This document shows positions 63,081 through 64,000 of a stretch of DNA of 64,000 nucleotides, piece after piece (within the stretch, counting starts at the first letter, position 1; the number at the start of each line of letters is the position of its first letter). The position numbers and the translations under genes are program-made. The notes beneath the pieces were generated by a model. That model did not search any database and was not told the origin of the DNA. It saw only the letters and a program-made list of their open reading frames with translations. The DNA is from Reclinomonas americana ATCC 50394 (Eukaryota), in contig PS015038.1 in NCBI GenBank assembly GCA_048213135.1, forward strand, positions 72,758-136,757, read 5' to 3'.

Positions 63081-64000
63081 ATGCGAGCGCTGCTCTTGCT
63101 GCTGCTGTTGCTGTTATCAGTGACAGTGGTGGCCAGCAGCAGCAGCAGCACTCATCGCCTTCTCCACCAGCACCACCACACTGCGCACGTGTTCGATTCA
63201 GATGCATGGATGACAATGATGAGGAACACCACTGCACACGATGATGATGGCGCGCGGATAGGCAACTATGCTCTGTCGCGCTTGCCGGTGTGCTTTGTGG
63301 AACTGGAGAGCGTCGACAGTGGCGGCAGAGTGATTACAACGCGCGACGATAATATCAGTGTGCGTGTCCGCGTAAGCGGCGGCATCAATAACAGTGTCGA
63401 CGATGGCGACAATGCTGGAGGTGGTGGCATTGCTGGTTTTGAGCTGTTGTCGTATGCGTTGCGTCGTCACGCTTTATTGTCTTCTGCCATGTGTGTGTGT
63501 CTTTTCAGTTTGCATTGATCGTTGTTTGTGATATTGTGTGTGGGCAGTGATGAGACGAAGAGTGTTGTACGTCGTCAGCTAGTTCGCATGCGAGTGCATG
63601 TGGAGACGCGGGAGGACGATGAGTGGACGGCGTGGTCGCTTGTTCGGCAGTCGTCGGTGCGTTATACAAGTGTGCATGTCCTGCCCTCTGTGTGTGTGTT
63701 GCACTCATTCCGCGCGCTCCGTGCAGAACTGCGGTCGTGCATCGTTTCTGATTGGCGGTGGCGGCTTCCCGTGGCGGCAACATGCCAACATGAGTGATGT
63801 CATTGAGTCGCACACGCCGCACGTGCAGGTGCTGCTGCGTGGACAGAGTGCGCCGACACGCACTGTGAAGAGCGAGGTGGTGCTCACGCGCGCCGACGAG
63901 CTCTCCGCCTTGCGTGTCACATACGACGGCGTGTCGGTGCGCTCGGCTCGCATTGGGGAGGACGGCGAGCTGCGGTTGCTGCTGGACGATGGCGAGCTGG
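63081..64000 (+). CDS. Putative secreted protein, partial (continues beyond the window)
   Basis: Signal-peptide-like MRALLLLLLLLLSVTVVASS, followed by open exons separated by short introns. Confidence 0.5.

Noticed and set aside
1-64000. CRISPR arrays, IS elements, rRNA, tRNA or prokaryotic operons
   Set aside because: None seen. The DNA is spliceosomal-intron-rich eukaryotic sequence and its repeats are simple microsatellites.

Overview
Gene-dense, GC-rich, intron-rich nuclear DNA from a microbial eukaryote, in a draft scaffold with many N gaps. Most introns are about 60-100 nt and GT-AG, and CA/GT microsatellites and poly-Q tracts are common. About 22 spliced protein-coding genes can be modelled by eye: a Q-rich cold-shock-domain protein, HYLS1, a LYR-like protein, organellar Der/EngA GTPase, SNF8/Vps22, DDX54/DBP10, a homeodomain protein, RPN2, an RRM protein, a large RhoGAP...CAP-Gly protein, head-to-head RPL4/RPL8, an LRR protein, a flavoprotein oxidoreductase, CCDC97, GCP4, p24/TMED10, CENP-H, LMF, a giant ARM/coiled-coil/ARM protein and several unknowns. 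There is also an unannotated U5 snRNA gene at about 13028-13139. The most striking signal is a recurrent 5' splice-site class, GTTGCGT: the local GTGCGT donor with one extra T, which moves the usual +5 G to +6. I found it at 17 frame-consistent exon junctions. Three gap-bounded blocks carry gene parts in inverted orientation, most likely because contigs were mis-oriented. All calls are by eye from motifs and reading-frame logic; no searches were run.
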